Source: Candidatus Moraniibacteriota bacterium (lineage in GTDB: Bacteria > Patescibacteriota > Minisyncoccia > Moranbacterales > UBA1568). Taken from it: a stretch of DNA of 64,000 nt. The translations under genes and the position numbers were made by a program. The notes beneath the pieces are model-generated. The model worked only from the letters and a program-made list of their open reading frames with translations. It had not been told where the DNA came from and did no database searches. The stretch lies in the NCBI GenBank assembly GCA_052035095.1, contig JBPOHW010000008.1, positions 3,060 to 67,059 of the forward strand, written 5' to 3'. Of the stretch, positions 9,768 through 17,318 are shown one piece after another. Each line of letters starts with the position of its first letter. The stretch's first letter is position 1.

Positions 9768-10178
9768 ATGCTTTACAAAGTTATTCTTGTTTCTCTTCTT
9801 CATAGAAGAAACAAAAGTGAGATATTGCTCATTAAAAGAAACCGTGAACCAGAATATGGTAAATGGTCGCTTTCTGGTGGCACAGGTGCATTAGAAAAAG
9901 AGGCAGATCCCAAAAAAGCAATTTTCATGGAAGTACTCGGGGATTTCTCGACAAACATCCTTGATCCAAAGCTTTTTTCCATAAAGTATGCCAATTTTTC
10001 AGAGCCGACCCTCCATTTTTATTTTGAAGGCGAATTAGAAAGTGAACCAAAAATTCAAGATATGAAAACAGTGAAAGAACTTGGATGGTTTGTGCCAAGA
10101 GAAATTTTGAAAATGGACATCGCCTTTCAAGATATTGATAAAGAAGCCGTTAAACAATTTATGAAGAATTCAAAATAG
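9768..10178 (+). CDS. NUDIX-like hydrolase
   Basis: ILLIKR..EPEYGKWSLSGG..E; ATG 13 nt after the repeat core. Confidence 0.75.
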   Translation: MLYKVILVSLLHRRNKSEILLIKRNREPEYGKWSLSGGTGALEKEADPKKAIFMEVLGDFSTNILDPKLFSIKYANFSEPTLHFYFEGELESEPKIQDMKTVKELGWFVPREILKMDIAFQDIDKEAVKQFMKNSK

Positions 10179-10204
10179 TTCCAACTTCGTCCCACAGTCC
10201 CAGC
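10176..10204 (+). repeat. Short att-like site S1
   Basis: TAGTTCCAACTTCGTCCCACAGTCCCAGC, 27/29 identical to 10711-10739. Confidence 0.9.
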
Positions 10205-10215
10205 TGACAAACTCT

Positions 10216-10713
10216 ATGAGCGATAAAATAGAACTTGTTGATTACAAAGGGAATCCTACGCAGGTTTCTTGCTTGGGTTGCGCCCGAGAAAACGGCGAAA
10301 TGGAAAGAGTAGGCACCATACTCACCACTAAACATTTCGACGCTCACCAGGACTTTGAAATTCCTATCCCTGGCTTTATCATTATTTCTTCGAGGCGACA
10401 TTTGCAAAGCATCGATGAGTTTACTGATGAAGAAAAGCTAGATTTTATCGATACTCTTATTGCGGTGAGGACTGGGATGAGAAAGACTCTTGATATTGAT
10501 GTTGTCTATCTCATTCAAGAAGAAGATACTTCGCATCATTTCCACATTTGGGTATTCCCTCGTTATGATTGGATGGCAGAGAAATTTGGCAAGAAAACAC
10601 CTTCACTCCAACCGATTATGGAATATGCTCGTGAAAATCTAAAGACTATAGAAAATCTTAAGAAAGTTGAAGAAGCAGTCAATAAACTGAAGACTCATTT
10701 TGAAGTAAATTAG
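10216..10713 (+). CDS. HIT-family nucleotide hydrolase
   Basis: CLGC, IPGF...RH, HHFHIWVFPRY. Confidence 0.85.
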   Translation: MSDKIELVDYKGNPTQVSCLGCARENGEMERVGTILTTKHFDAHQDFEIPIPGFIIISSRRHLQSIDEFTDEEKLDFIDTLIAVRTGMRKTLDIDVVYLIQEEDTSHHFHIWVFPRYDWMAEKFGKKTPSLQPIMEYARENLKTIENLKKVEEAVNKLKTHFEVN

Positions 10714-10739
10714 TTCTAACTTCGTCCCACAGCCCCAGC
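10711..10739 (+). repeat. Short att-like site S2
   Basis: TAGTTCTAACTTCGTCCCACAGCCCCAGC. Confidence 0.9.
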
Positions 10740-10748
10740 ACATATTCT

Positions 10749-11306
10749 ATGGTTACTATCCCTGAACAATACGCTTCTCTTATCCACATCAAATCACTTT
10801 CGTGGAAAGAAGTGTTTGACACATGGCGAAATCTGGAAGCATGGCAAGAGTCTTGGAAAGAGCATTGGACTGAACGAGGATTCAACTCATGGGATGAATG
10901 GCGCGAAGCATATGCGGCCCCACTTCATCCGGAAACACTTTCCTGGGAAATGTATCATATTACTGATCCCATTAAAGACCTCCCCCTTTTTTATGGCACC
11001 CCCACAAAAGGATGGATTGATAAAGCCTACGAGGGAGAAATAACAAAACAACTGAAAGACATTTCCAATTTACCTATTATCACTGAGAACCAGAAGGTTC
11101 TCACTATCAAACAAGCGTTTCCGAAAGAAACGATGCTTACAGGCATCGTTCATGAGGGAAAAATCGTTCTCATTGAGGGAATGCACCGTGCTAACGCACT
11201 CGCCACATGGAATCCTAAGACCCCCTTTGTTGGAAACGTCACAATCGCTCTTGTTCAGTGGGATAGCTCGATTCCGGCTCTCGGAGGAAATTACAAGGTT
11301 AAATAA
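10749..11306 (+). CDS. Hypothetical protein, possible ParB/Srx-like fold
   Basis: IVLIEGMHRA motif; Trp-rich N-terminus. Confidence 0.6.
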   Translation: MVTIPEQYASLIHIKSLSWKEVFDTWRNLEAWQESWKEHWTERGFNSWDEWREAYAAPLHPETLSWEMYHITDPIKDLPLFYGTPTKGWIDKAYEGEITKQLKDISNLPIITENQKVLTIKQAFPKETMLTGIVHEGKIVLIEGMHRANALATWNPKTPFVGNVTIALVQWDSSIPALGGNYKVK

Positions 11307-11338
11307 AGTAAGTTTTTCTTTCATTTCTTTCCAACCCA

Positions 11339-11367
11339 CAGTTTCGAACACATCCAATAAGCCCAGC
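11339..11367 (+). repeat. Divergent att-like site S3
   Basis: CAGTTTCGAACACATCCAATAAGCCCAGC; reverse strand reads LGLLDVFETVGW. Confidence 0.6.
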
Positions 11368-11460
11368 AAATACACTGCCTATGAAAAAGAAAAAAGGCGC
11401 TGTTTACCAGTCGCCTTTTGAATTTGAAATAGTTGTCGGGAGATTATCTTTGCTCAGAGT

Positions 11461-12027
11461 CTAACACTTACCGGGATGATTCCAATCGAAGAAAACTCTT
11501 TGCTCGCGATCCGTAACATCGCCGTCGAGTTCACCAATGTCTTCTCCCGGATACATGGAATGCACGATGACTTTTGGTTGGTCGTTCTCACACCTAAACT
11601 CCACAACAAGCGTGAGTTTCTGCGTTTGAGGAGCGAGTAGGTCAGTCCGATCGCGTTTTATACGAAGTCCGAAGCTTCTGCGATTCAAGTCAAACCGCTC
11701 CAAGACCTCCGGAGCATATATTTCGATCGGAACCGTACTTTCCCAACCGATAGACTCCTTACAAGTGATTTGGATACTCTGTGTTTCAAAGATTCCCTCA
11801 CTCCACATATCGACAATGTGCTTCGAAAGCTGTTTACGAACAGTTTTATCTTGGAAAAGATTCCTCGCCGAATTCCAGCAACTGAAATTCCCCGCAAGTG
11901 CGCGAGTAGAACCGCGAAAACAGGTTGTTCTTAACCGATCCTCGGTACGACGAGGAATAACAACGCTTGCCCAAAGACTGGGGCATACTTTTATACGAAA
12001 GAACATTTCTTCCTCTCCTGCCAGCAT
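11461..12027 (-). CDS. Hypothetical protein, inverted cassette with its own promoter
   Basis: 188-aa ORF; hairpin at about 11392-11420 downstream. Confidence 0.7.
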   Translation of the reverse strand: MLAGEEEMFFRIKVCPSLWASVVIPRRTEDRLRTTCFRGSTRALAGNFSCWNSARNLFQDKTVRKQLSKHIVDMWSEGIFETQSIQITCKESIGWESTVPIEIYAPEVLERFDLNRRSFGLRIKRDRTDLLAPQTQKLTLVVEFRCENDQPKVIVHSMYPGEDIGELDGDVTDREQRVFFDWNHPGKC

Positions 12028-12089
12028 GAGCCAGCCTGTAAATATACAGGGAAAATCCTACCAGCCTTTGCATTCCGGTAGAATTTTCT

Positions 12090-12118
12090 ATTATGCGGTT
12101 GACAGTGGCTTTTGTCAA
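12090..12118 (-). promoter_or_regulatory. Sigma70-type promoter
   Basis: TTGACA-17-CATAAT. Confidence 0.7.
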
Positions 12119-12181
12119 ACACTATTCACCGTCCGCCTTCTAAAATATCCGAATCCAAACATTAAAGCGCCAAAGTTTTTT

Positions 12182-12284
12182 CATCCGTTCCCGAAAAACC
12201 TCCAGCCCATTGCCACATTCGAGCCAGTTTGAGAGAATACGGGGGAAGAAATCGTCCCCATGCGTACCCCACAAGTCCCAGCCA
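12182..12284 (+). repeat. Long att-like repeat R3 ending GTCCCAGCCA
   Basis: Third copy of the R1/R2 sequence. Confidence 0.9.
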
Positions 12285-12290
12285 ATATAT

Positions 12291-12467
12291 ATGAAGACTC
12301 CGCATACTTCGACGTATAAGGGGAAGCGTGTGTATATTCGCCTCAAAAGCGGCGAACGGATCGTGGGAAAATTCGAAGGGAAAGATACGCATTTTATGCA
12401 TATCGAAAAACGAAAAATACGAATTGCGGAAGTAAAAGCATTCGCCATCTATCGAGGAAAAACATAA
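12291..12467 (+). CDS. Small basic protein, possible Sm/LSm fold
   Basis: GKRVYIRLKSGERIVGKFEGKD resembles Sm1; ATG just after the R3 core. Confidence 0.6.
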   Translation: MKTPHTSTYKGKRVYIRLKSGERIVGKFEGKDTHFMHIEKRKIRIAEVKAFAIYRGKT

Positions 12468-12523
12468 AAAACTCCCATCACAAAAAATCTCTCCACCCAT
12501 ACTATGAAAGAGGAGCGGAGAGG

Positions 12524-12552
12524 TTGACAGTAAGCAACGATATCCCTACACT
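12524..12552 (+). promoter_or_regulatory. Sigma70-type promoter
   Basis: TTGACA-17-TACACT upstream of the ACP-like gene. Confidence 0.7.
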
Positions 12553-12641
12553 GCGAGTGATCGTAAAGAGAGGTCGCAACGCAAGCCTCTTCTTGCGAGA
12601 GTTCCAGAAATCCCAGCACCATCAGTCGGGGGAAGTAAAAA

Positions 12642-12911
12642 ATGACTCGTCAGGAAATCCAAGAAAGAGTTATGAAGGTGGCAACAGAGGTTTTTAACCT
12701 CAAGCCGGAGGAGATTTCGCTCACCGATCACTTTGTACACAATTTAGGAGCTGATTGGTCCAAAGTCGAAGAATTCGTACTGAAACTGGAAATTGCGTTC
12801 GATGTATATCTTATGTACGAGGACACCGGAGACATCATCTCCGTTCAGACGGCGGTCAAACACCTCCTCGGAGCTTTCGATACCACTGGAGATTTTGACA
12901 CCTCCGAATAG
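12642..12911 (+). CDS. Acyl carrier protein-like, atypical attachment motif
   Basis: F..NLGADWSK.EFVLKLEIAFDV; acidic, 89 aa. Confidence 0.8.
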   Translation: MTRQEIQERVMKVATEVFNLKPEEISLTDHFVHNLGADWSKVEEFVLKLEIAFDVYLMYEDTGDIISVQTAVKHLLGAFDTTGDFDTSE

Positions 12912-12953
12912 CCACAAAGCGAAGAGCGCCGGAACTCGTACCGGACGCTCTTT

Positions 12954-14204
12954 TCATTTCTCTGCCACGGCATTTCCGGCAACCCAGCCCGTACTCCAGC
13001 AAAGTTGGAGGCTATAGCCGCCGGAAGGGCGATCGATATCGAGAACATCTCCCGCAAGATACAGATTCGGGAACAGTCTCGAACGCATTGTTTTGAAATC
13101 CACCTCTTCCGGTATAACGCCGCCACTGGTCGCAATCGCCTTGTCCTTACCAAGAAGACCGATTGCAGTCAGATGGAGATCTTTTACTGTGCGAGCCAAC
13201 ACAAGACGCGATGTTCGACTCACATTGCGTACCGGCATCTCGAAAGGAATGTTTGCAAGCGACAAAACTACGGGGATGAGAAGTGGCGGCAGGAATCCAT
13301 CCAAACTGTTTTTCACCTGCTTATTTTTTTGGCGTTCAAAAAGCTCTCGGATACGCGTATCGATTTCATCGAAAGTACTGCGCGGAAAAAGATCAAGCGA
13401 GAGCGTCACCTTGCCACGACGCAAACATTCGCCGACACATCGACTCATATTGAGCGCCAGAGGACCGCTTAATCCGAAGTGTGTAAAGAGAAGCGCTCCT
13501 TCCCGAGATTCCTTTTTCTCTCCGCTTAAAAAAACGGTCATCCTCACCTCTTCGAGACTCGCTCCCGAAATCGAGCGGATCCACGATTCGCCGACGCGTA
13601 TCGGAACCAACGCGACGCGAGATTCGGCAACCGTATGACCGATTGCCTTGAGGAAGCGAAACCCATCACCCGTTGATCCGGTTTCCGGACGTGACATCCC
13701 TCCAGTCGCGAGAACATAGGTCTGCGCCCGAAGCACCTCCTCACCCCCAAGCCGAACACCGGCAATCATCCCCTCCGCCATTTCAAATCCAGCCACCTCC
13801 GCGCCAAGCATCACGTGAACGTTTCCCACCCGCATATATTCAACCAGTACATCAAGGACGGACTGCGCTTGATCGCTTACGGGAAATACCCGTTTCTCCG
13901 CTTCAACCTTGGTCGGCATTCCACGAGTATGGAAAAACGCCAGTGTCTCCTCCACGCCAAATCGCGAAAACAGAGAAAAGAGAAACTTTGCCGCGCCTTT
14001 GAACTTCGCTGCAAAAATATTCCGATCAAATTCGGCATTCGTCACGTTACAGCGACCGCCACCCGTCAAAAGCAGCTTCGTCCCGAGAGACGCGTTTTTC
14101 TCAAGCAACACCACGCGCGCGCCACGCTCTGCCGCGCGCCCCGCCGCCATCATTCCCGCCGGTCCCCCGCCGATAATCACCACATCATATTCTTTCTCGC
14201 GCAT
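12954..14204 (-). CDS. HI0933/BaiN-family flavoprotein
   Basis: IGGGPAG, KLLLTGGGRCNVTN, LFTHFGLSGP, GGYSLQ. Confidence 0.95.
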   Translation of the reverse strand: MREKEYDVVIIGGGPAGMMAAGRAAERGARVVLLEKNASLGTKLLLTGGGRCNVTNAEFDRNIFAAKFKGAAKFLFSLFSRFGVEETLAFFHTRGMPTKVEAEKRVFPVSDQAQSVLDVLVEYMRVGNVHVMLGAEVAGFEMAEGMIAGVRLGGEEVLRAQTYVLATGGMSRPETGSTGDGFRFLKAIGHTVAESRVALVPIRVGESWIRSISGASLEEVRMTVFLSGEKKESREGALLFTHFGLSGPLALNMSRCVGECLRRGKVTLSLDLFPRSTFDEIDTRIRELFERQKNKQVKNSLDGFLPPLLIPVVLSLANIPFEMPVRNVSRTSRLVLARTVKDLHLTAIGLLGKDKAIATSGGVIPEEVDFKTMRSRLFPNLYLAGDVLDIDRPSGGYSLQLCWSTGWVAGNAVAEK

Positions 14205-14369
14205 AGAATACCGGCTACTCGCATCCGATCGTCTTCTGACTGACCACCGCTTGATCGATCGCTTGTTCGCAAAAAAAATTATACACCACGGTTCAGTATA
14301 CGCTATTTCCTTGTCAAACCGGTGTAAACTCACAAAAAAAATGAGGGGGGTTCCCTATCGCGGAATCTT

Positions 14370-14774
14370 TCAAATATTGAGATACGTTATGGTAAACTGA
14401 AGCGCCGTCGCAAATGATACCCAGAGAAGATACGGGATATTGGCATAGACAACCCAACGCAAATCGGGAGATGAATTCCACAGGGCGATAAACGCCCAAA
14501 GAAGCGTCCCGAAAACAAGAAGAATATCAAGAGCGGCGAGAACATTATTTTTGAGCCCGAATTGAATCGGCGAGAACGCAAAATTAAAAACGAGGTTGAG
14601 CGCAAACGGCAACGCGACCGCCCACGCGAGCCTGCCCATCAATGCCCGATACAACACCACACCGAAAGAAACCGCGATAATCGCGTAGAGCACCGTCCAT
14701 ACCGGACCGAAAATCCACGAAGGTGGCGCCCACACAGGCTTCACCAATTGCGAGTACCAGGTGTACGTGTTCAT
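14370..14774 (-). CDS. tspO: TspO/MBR tryptophan-rich sensory protein
   Basis: WY..L.KP.WAPPSWIFGPVWTVLY, PYLLWVSFA. Confidence 0.95.
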   Translation of the reverse strand: MNTYTWYSQLVKPVWAPPSWIFGPVWTVLYAIIAVSFGVVLYRALMGRLAWAVALPFALNLVFNFAFSPIQFGLKNNVLAALDILLVFGTLLWAFIALWNSSPDLRWVVYANIPYLLWVSFATALQFTITYLNI

Positions 14775-14807
14775 AGATTTTTTTCATTAAAGACTCTTTT
14801 CAGAGTA

Positions 14808-15521
14808 TCACATTCGCTTCATATGAAGAAAGTATCGACGTTTGTCCGGGGAAAACCGTTCAATCGCGTACCGGAGCATCGTACGCGGCATATACGCCGC
14901 GTGCCGATCAAGAAACAGGGTGAGCGCCGACACATCCCGCTTTCCGATTTCTCGAAGCATCCACCCGACCGCCTTATGGATGAGATCGTGCGTATCGCCG
15001 AGCAAAACCTCGGAAATCGCAAATGCATCCGAAAAATCTCCACTTCGTATCAGTCGAAACGTGCCCAGCATCGCCATCCGTCGCTCCCAGAGATTCTTCG
15101 ATCGCGCCCATTTATAGAGCATCGAGCGATCTTTTCGTCGCGAAAGAAAATCGCCGACGATATTTGGCGTCGTTACGTCTACCAAATCCCAATTGTTGAC
15201 TGCCGATCGATGCGCCACATAAAAGTCAAAGACCTTCTCCTTCACGCTATCGTCTTTGGTTGTTTCATACCGGAGAACGAGTATCAAAAGTCCAATCATC
15301 CGCTCTTCGTGCCACGGACTCTCAAGGAGTTTCTCGATATCGGAAAAATCGAGATCTCGATACATTTTGGCAAGCTTCCGTTCTTCTCCCATGGTGAGCC
15401 CTCGAAACCGATCCCCCTCGCCATACTCCCCCTTCCCGGTCTTAAAAAACCACGCATTCGATCGAGCGCGATCCTTCATCGAATACCGTTTCACATCACG
15501 CAAAAGTTCGGAATATTTCAT
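14808..15521 (-). CDS. DNA alkylation repair protein (AlkD-like)
   Basis: FFKTGKGEYGEGD, NNWDLVD, IHKAVGWMLRE. Confidence 0.9.
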   Translation of the reverse strand: MKYSELLRDVKRYSMKDRARSNAWFFKTGKGEYGEGDRFRGLTMGEERKLAKMYRDLDFSDIEKLLESPWHEERMIGLLILVLRYETTKDDSVKEKVFDFYVAHRSAVNNWDLVDVTTPNIVGDFLSRRKDRSMLYKWARSKNLWERRMAMLGTFRLIRSGDFSDAFAISEVLLGDTHDLIHKAVGWMLREIGKRDVSALTLFLDRHAAYMPRTMLRYAIERFSPDKRRYFLHMKRM

Positions 15522-15731
15522 AAGGTATTCCCGTATCACTTACAGACAACAAGGCACGGATCGACTATCACAGAATACCTCAATTTCAAGAAAACAAAAA
15601 AAAGCAGAGACTGAAACAATACCTCAGCCTTTATTAATTCCACCACGCTACTTCTTATGTCCTCCTTTCAAGCGCGAGCAAAAACCCAAGAAGGAAAACC
15701 ATTCGCTCGCGATGCTAAATATGGAGAGAGA

Positions 15732-16532
15732 CTACTCACATCCAAGAGCCTCCTTGCAGGCCGCCTTTTGATCGCCCGCTTGCTCGCAGGCGGAGCATTG
15801 GAGAGCTTTCATATCCCCGCCGCCTGCCGGAAGCGAGCCGGCGCCCGAAGGAACCGTTCCCGGCACAGTGGTCGGCACCGGCAAAGCTTTCATCATTTCC
15901 GCCGGGTCGACAAAGGTCACATCCGACGGAACGACAAACATAGATTCATCCACCTTCCATGAATCGCAATCATACGAATACTTGTGATTGATATCTTTGG
16001 CGGGATCCTCCAAGCGAGCGGGCATTGCCTCTTCACCCGCCTCGTCGTCTTGAACCGCGGGAGATTCCGGCGCCTGATCCATCATCATCTTCATACCCCG
16101 TTTCGTCGTCTCATCCCAGACATACATCGTATTTTTCGCCGTATCAAACAGCATCTGCGATGTCATCGTCGCTCCGGCACTTCCCTCGGAAAGCATCGTA
16201 TTTGAAATCATCGCCCGTCCCCTGTTACCCGACACATAGAAGGTACCCTCCGACTTGGACACATCATTCTCATCAGAGAACACGCACTTTTGCGATTTTC
16301 CCATTCCGAGCAAATCCCGGAAAGACATCTCCGCGGCGCTCTCCGATTGTTCGTCCATTTCCTGACGAGCATCGTCCGATGTCATCCCTCGCATCTCCTC
16401 TTCCCCCGACCCGCGCATCAGAAAGATCACTCCCGCGACAACCAGCATGCCCACCGCCGCTATTGCCACGCCTATCGCCGTTTTGTTTGTCCCGGATTTG
16501 TTTTCCGGACTATTCGACATTGTTTCTTCCAT
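15732..16532 (-). CDS. Membrane-anchored exported hypothetical protein
   Basis: N-terminal TM helix, C-terminal Cys motif. Confidence 0.75.
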   Translation of the reverse strand: MEETMSNSPENKSGTNKTAIGVAIAAVGMLVVAGVIFLMRGSGEEEMRGMTSDDARQEMDEQSESAAEMSFRDLLGMGKSQKCVFSDENDVSKSEGTFYVSGNRGRAMISNTMLSEGSAGATMTSQMLFDTAKNTMYVWDETTKRGMKMMMDQAPESPAVQDDEAGEEAMPARLEDPAKDINHKYSYDCDSWKVDESMFVVPSDVTFVDPAEMMKALPVPTTVPGTVPSGAGSLPAGGGDMKALQCSACEQAGDQKAACKEALGCE

Positions 16533-16605
16533 ACCAAAAATAGAAAGATTACGCACTACGGTTCAGTATACACCATCCCCCTGCCAAACCGCCACAACCC
16601 CCCAC

Positions 16606-16636
16606 AAAAAAACCACCCTCTCTTGAGGGCGGCTCA
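16606..16636 (-). terminator. Intrinsic terminator downstream of the att-like site
   Basis: GCCGCCCTC-AAGA-GAGGGTGGT followed by a T-tract on the minus strand. Confidence 0.7.
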
Positions 16637-16643
16637 TTCTGTA

Positions 16644-16697
16644 TGGCGGGGATGCTGGGACGAAGTTAGAACGTATCTTCTTTGGACATCAGGCTAG
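16644..16697 (-). repeat. att-like site S4 with a core matching the tRNA-Asp 3' end
   Basis: Minus strand GTTCTAACTTCGTCCCAGCATCCCCGCCA; first 17 nt identical to S2; plus strand reads WRGCWDEVRTY. Confidence 0.8.
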
Positions 16698-17309
16698 CTA
16701 TTTAATCTTTGCCAATGTCTCTAAAACGCTTTTAATCTGCTGATCACTGACTTTTGCATCTTCCATAGCACTCAAGAGGCTACCGAGCTGTTGTTCATTA
16801 ATTTTGACGTTGTTCGAGGTATTTAGAATCTGCTCTAGTTGATTGTTATCAATCTTTACGTCGTTTCGAACTTCTATGTCCTGTGTAGTTAATACAGGAA
16901 TCAAAATAGCAAGAACCGAAATTGCTATTGCTATAAACGCTGAAATTTTTGCATCCTTAGCATTTTTCCGTGCAAGTCTCAGTTCCTGATAGTCAATAAA
17001 ATTAAAATGGGACTCCAGACTTATGACATATTTATTTCTCCCGTCGGCGTAGTTGTTGTAGTCGAGGATATAAAGAGCCAAAAAGAGTGTGTCTGGATTT
17101 ACTGGCCCAGCACCAGTAACACCGATGCTGTAATGGTTCTTATGAGCGATCTGTAAGTAGGTTTTAAGAACGTCTTTTTCTCTATCGCTCAAGGACAGTT
17201 CTGTGGCTTCTGTAACCTCTGAAACACTAAACCCTTGAGGATGATTTAGTCCCCATTTAATAGCTCTGATAAGAAAGCTTTCACCAATATTTTCTTCACT
17301 AGATGGCAT
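16698..17309 (-). CDS. Hypothetical single-TM protein
   Basis: Operonic with the OLD nuclease; TM followed by repeated VKI..QQ motifs. Confidence 0.75.
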   Translation of the reverse strand: MPSSEENIGESFLIRAIKWGLNHPQGFSVSEVTEATELSLSDREKDVLKTYLQIAHKNHYSIGVTGAGPVNPDTLFLALYILDYNNYADGRNKYVISLESHFNFIDYQELRLARKNAKDAKISAFIAIAISVLAILIPVLTTQDIEVRNDVKIDNNQLEQILNTSNNVKINEQQLGSLLSAMEDAKVSDQQIKSVLETLAKIK

Positions 17310-17318
17310 AGTAGCAAC

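Noticed and set aside
7910-12284. Repeats as a CRISPR array or classical attC sites
   Set aside because: Spacing is gene-sized and irregular, there are no cas or intI genes, and there is no attC palindromic structure.
12601-12621. GTTCCAGAAATCCCAGCA as a seventh att-like site
   Set aside because: Arm-to-core spacing is about 10 nt too short and there is no tail similarity; may be chance.
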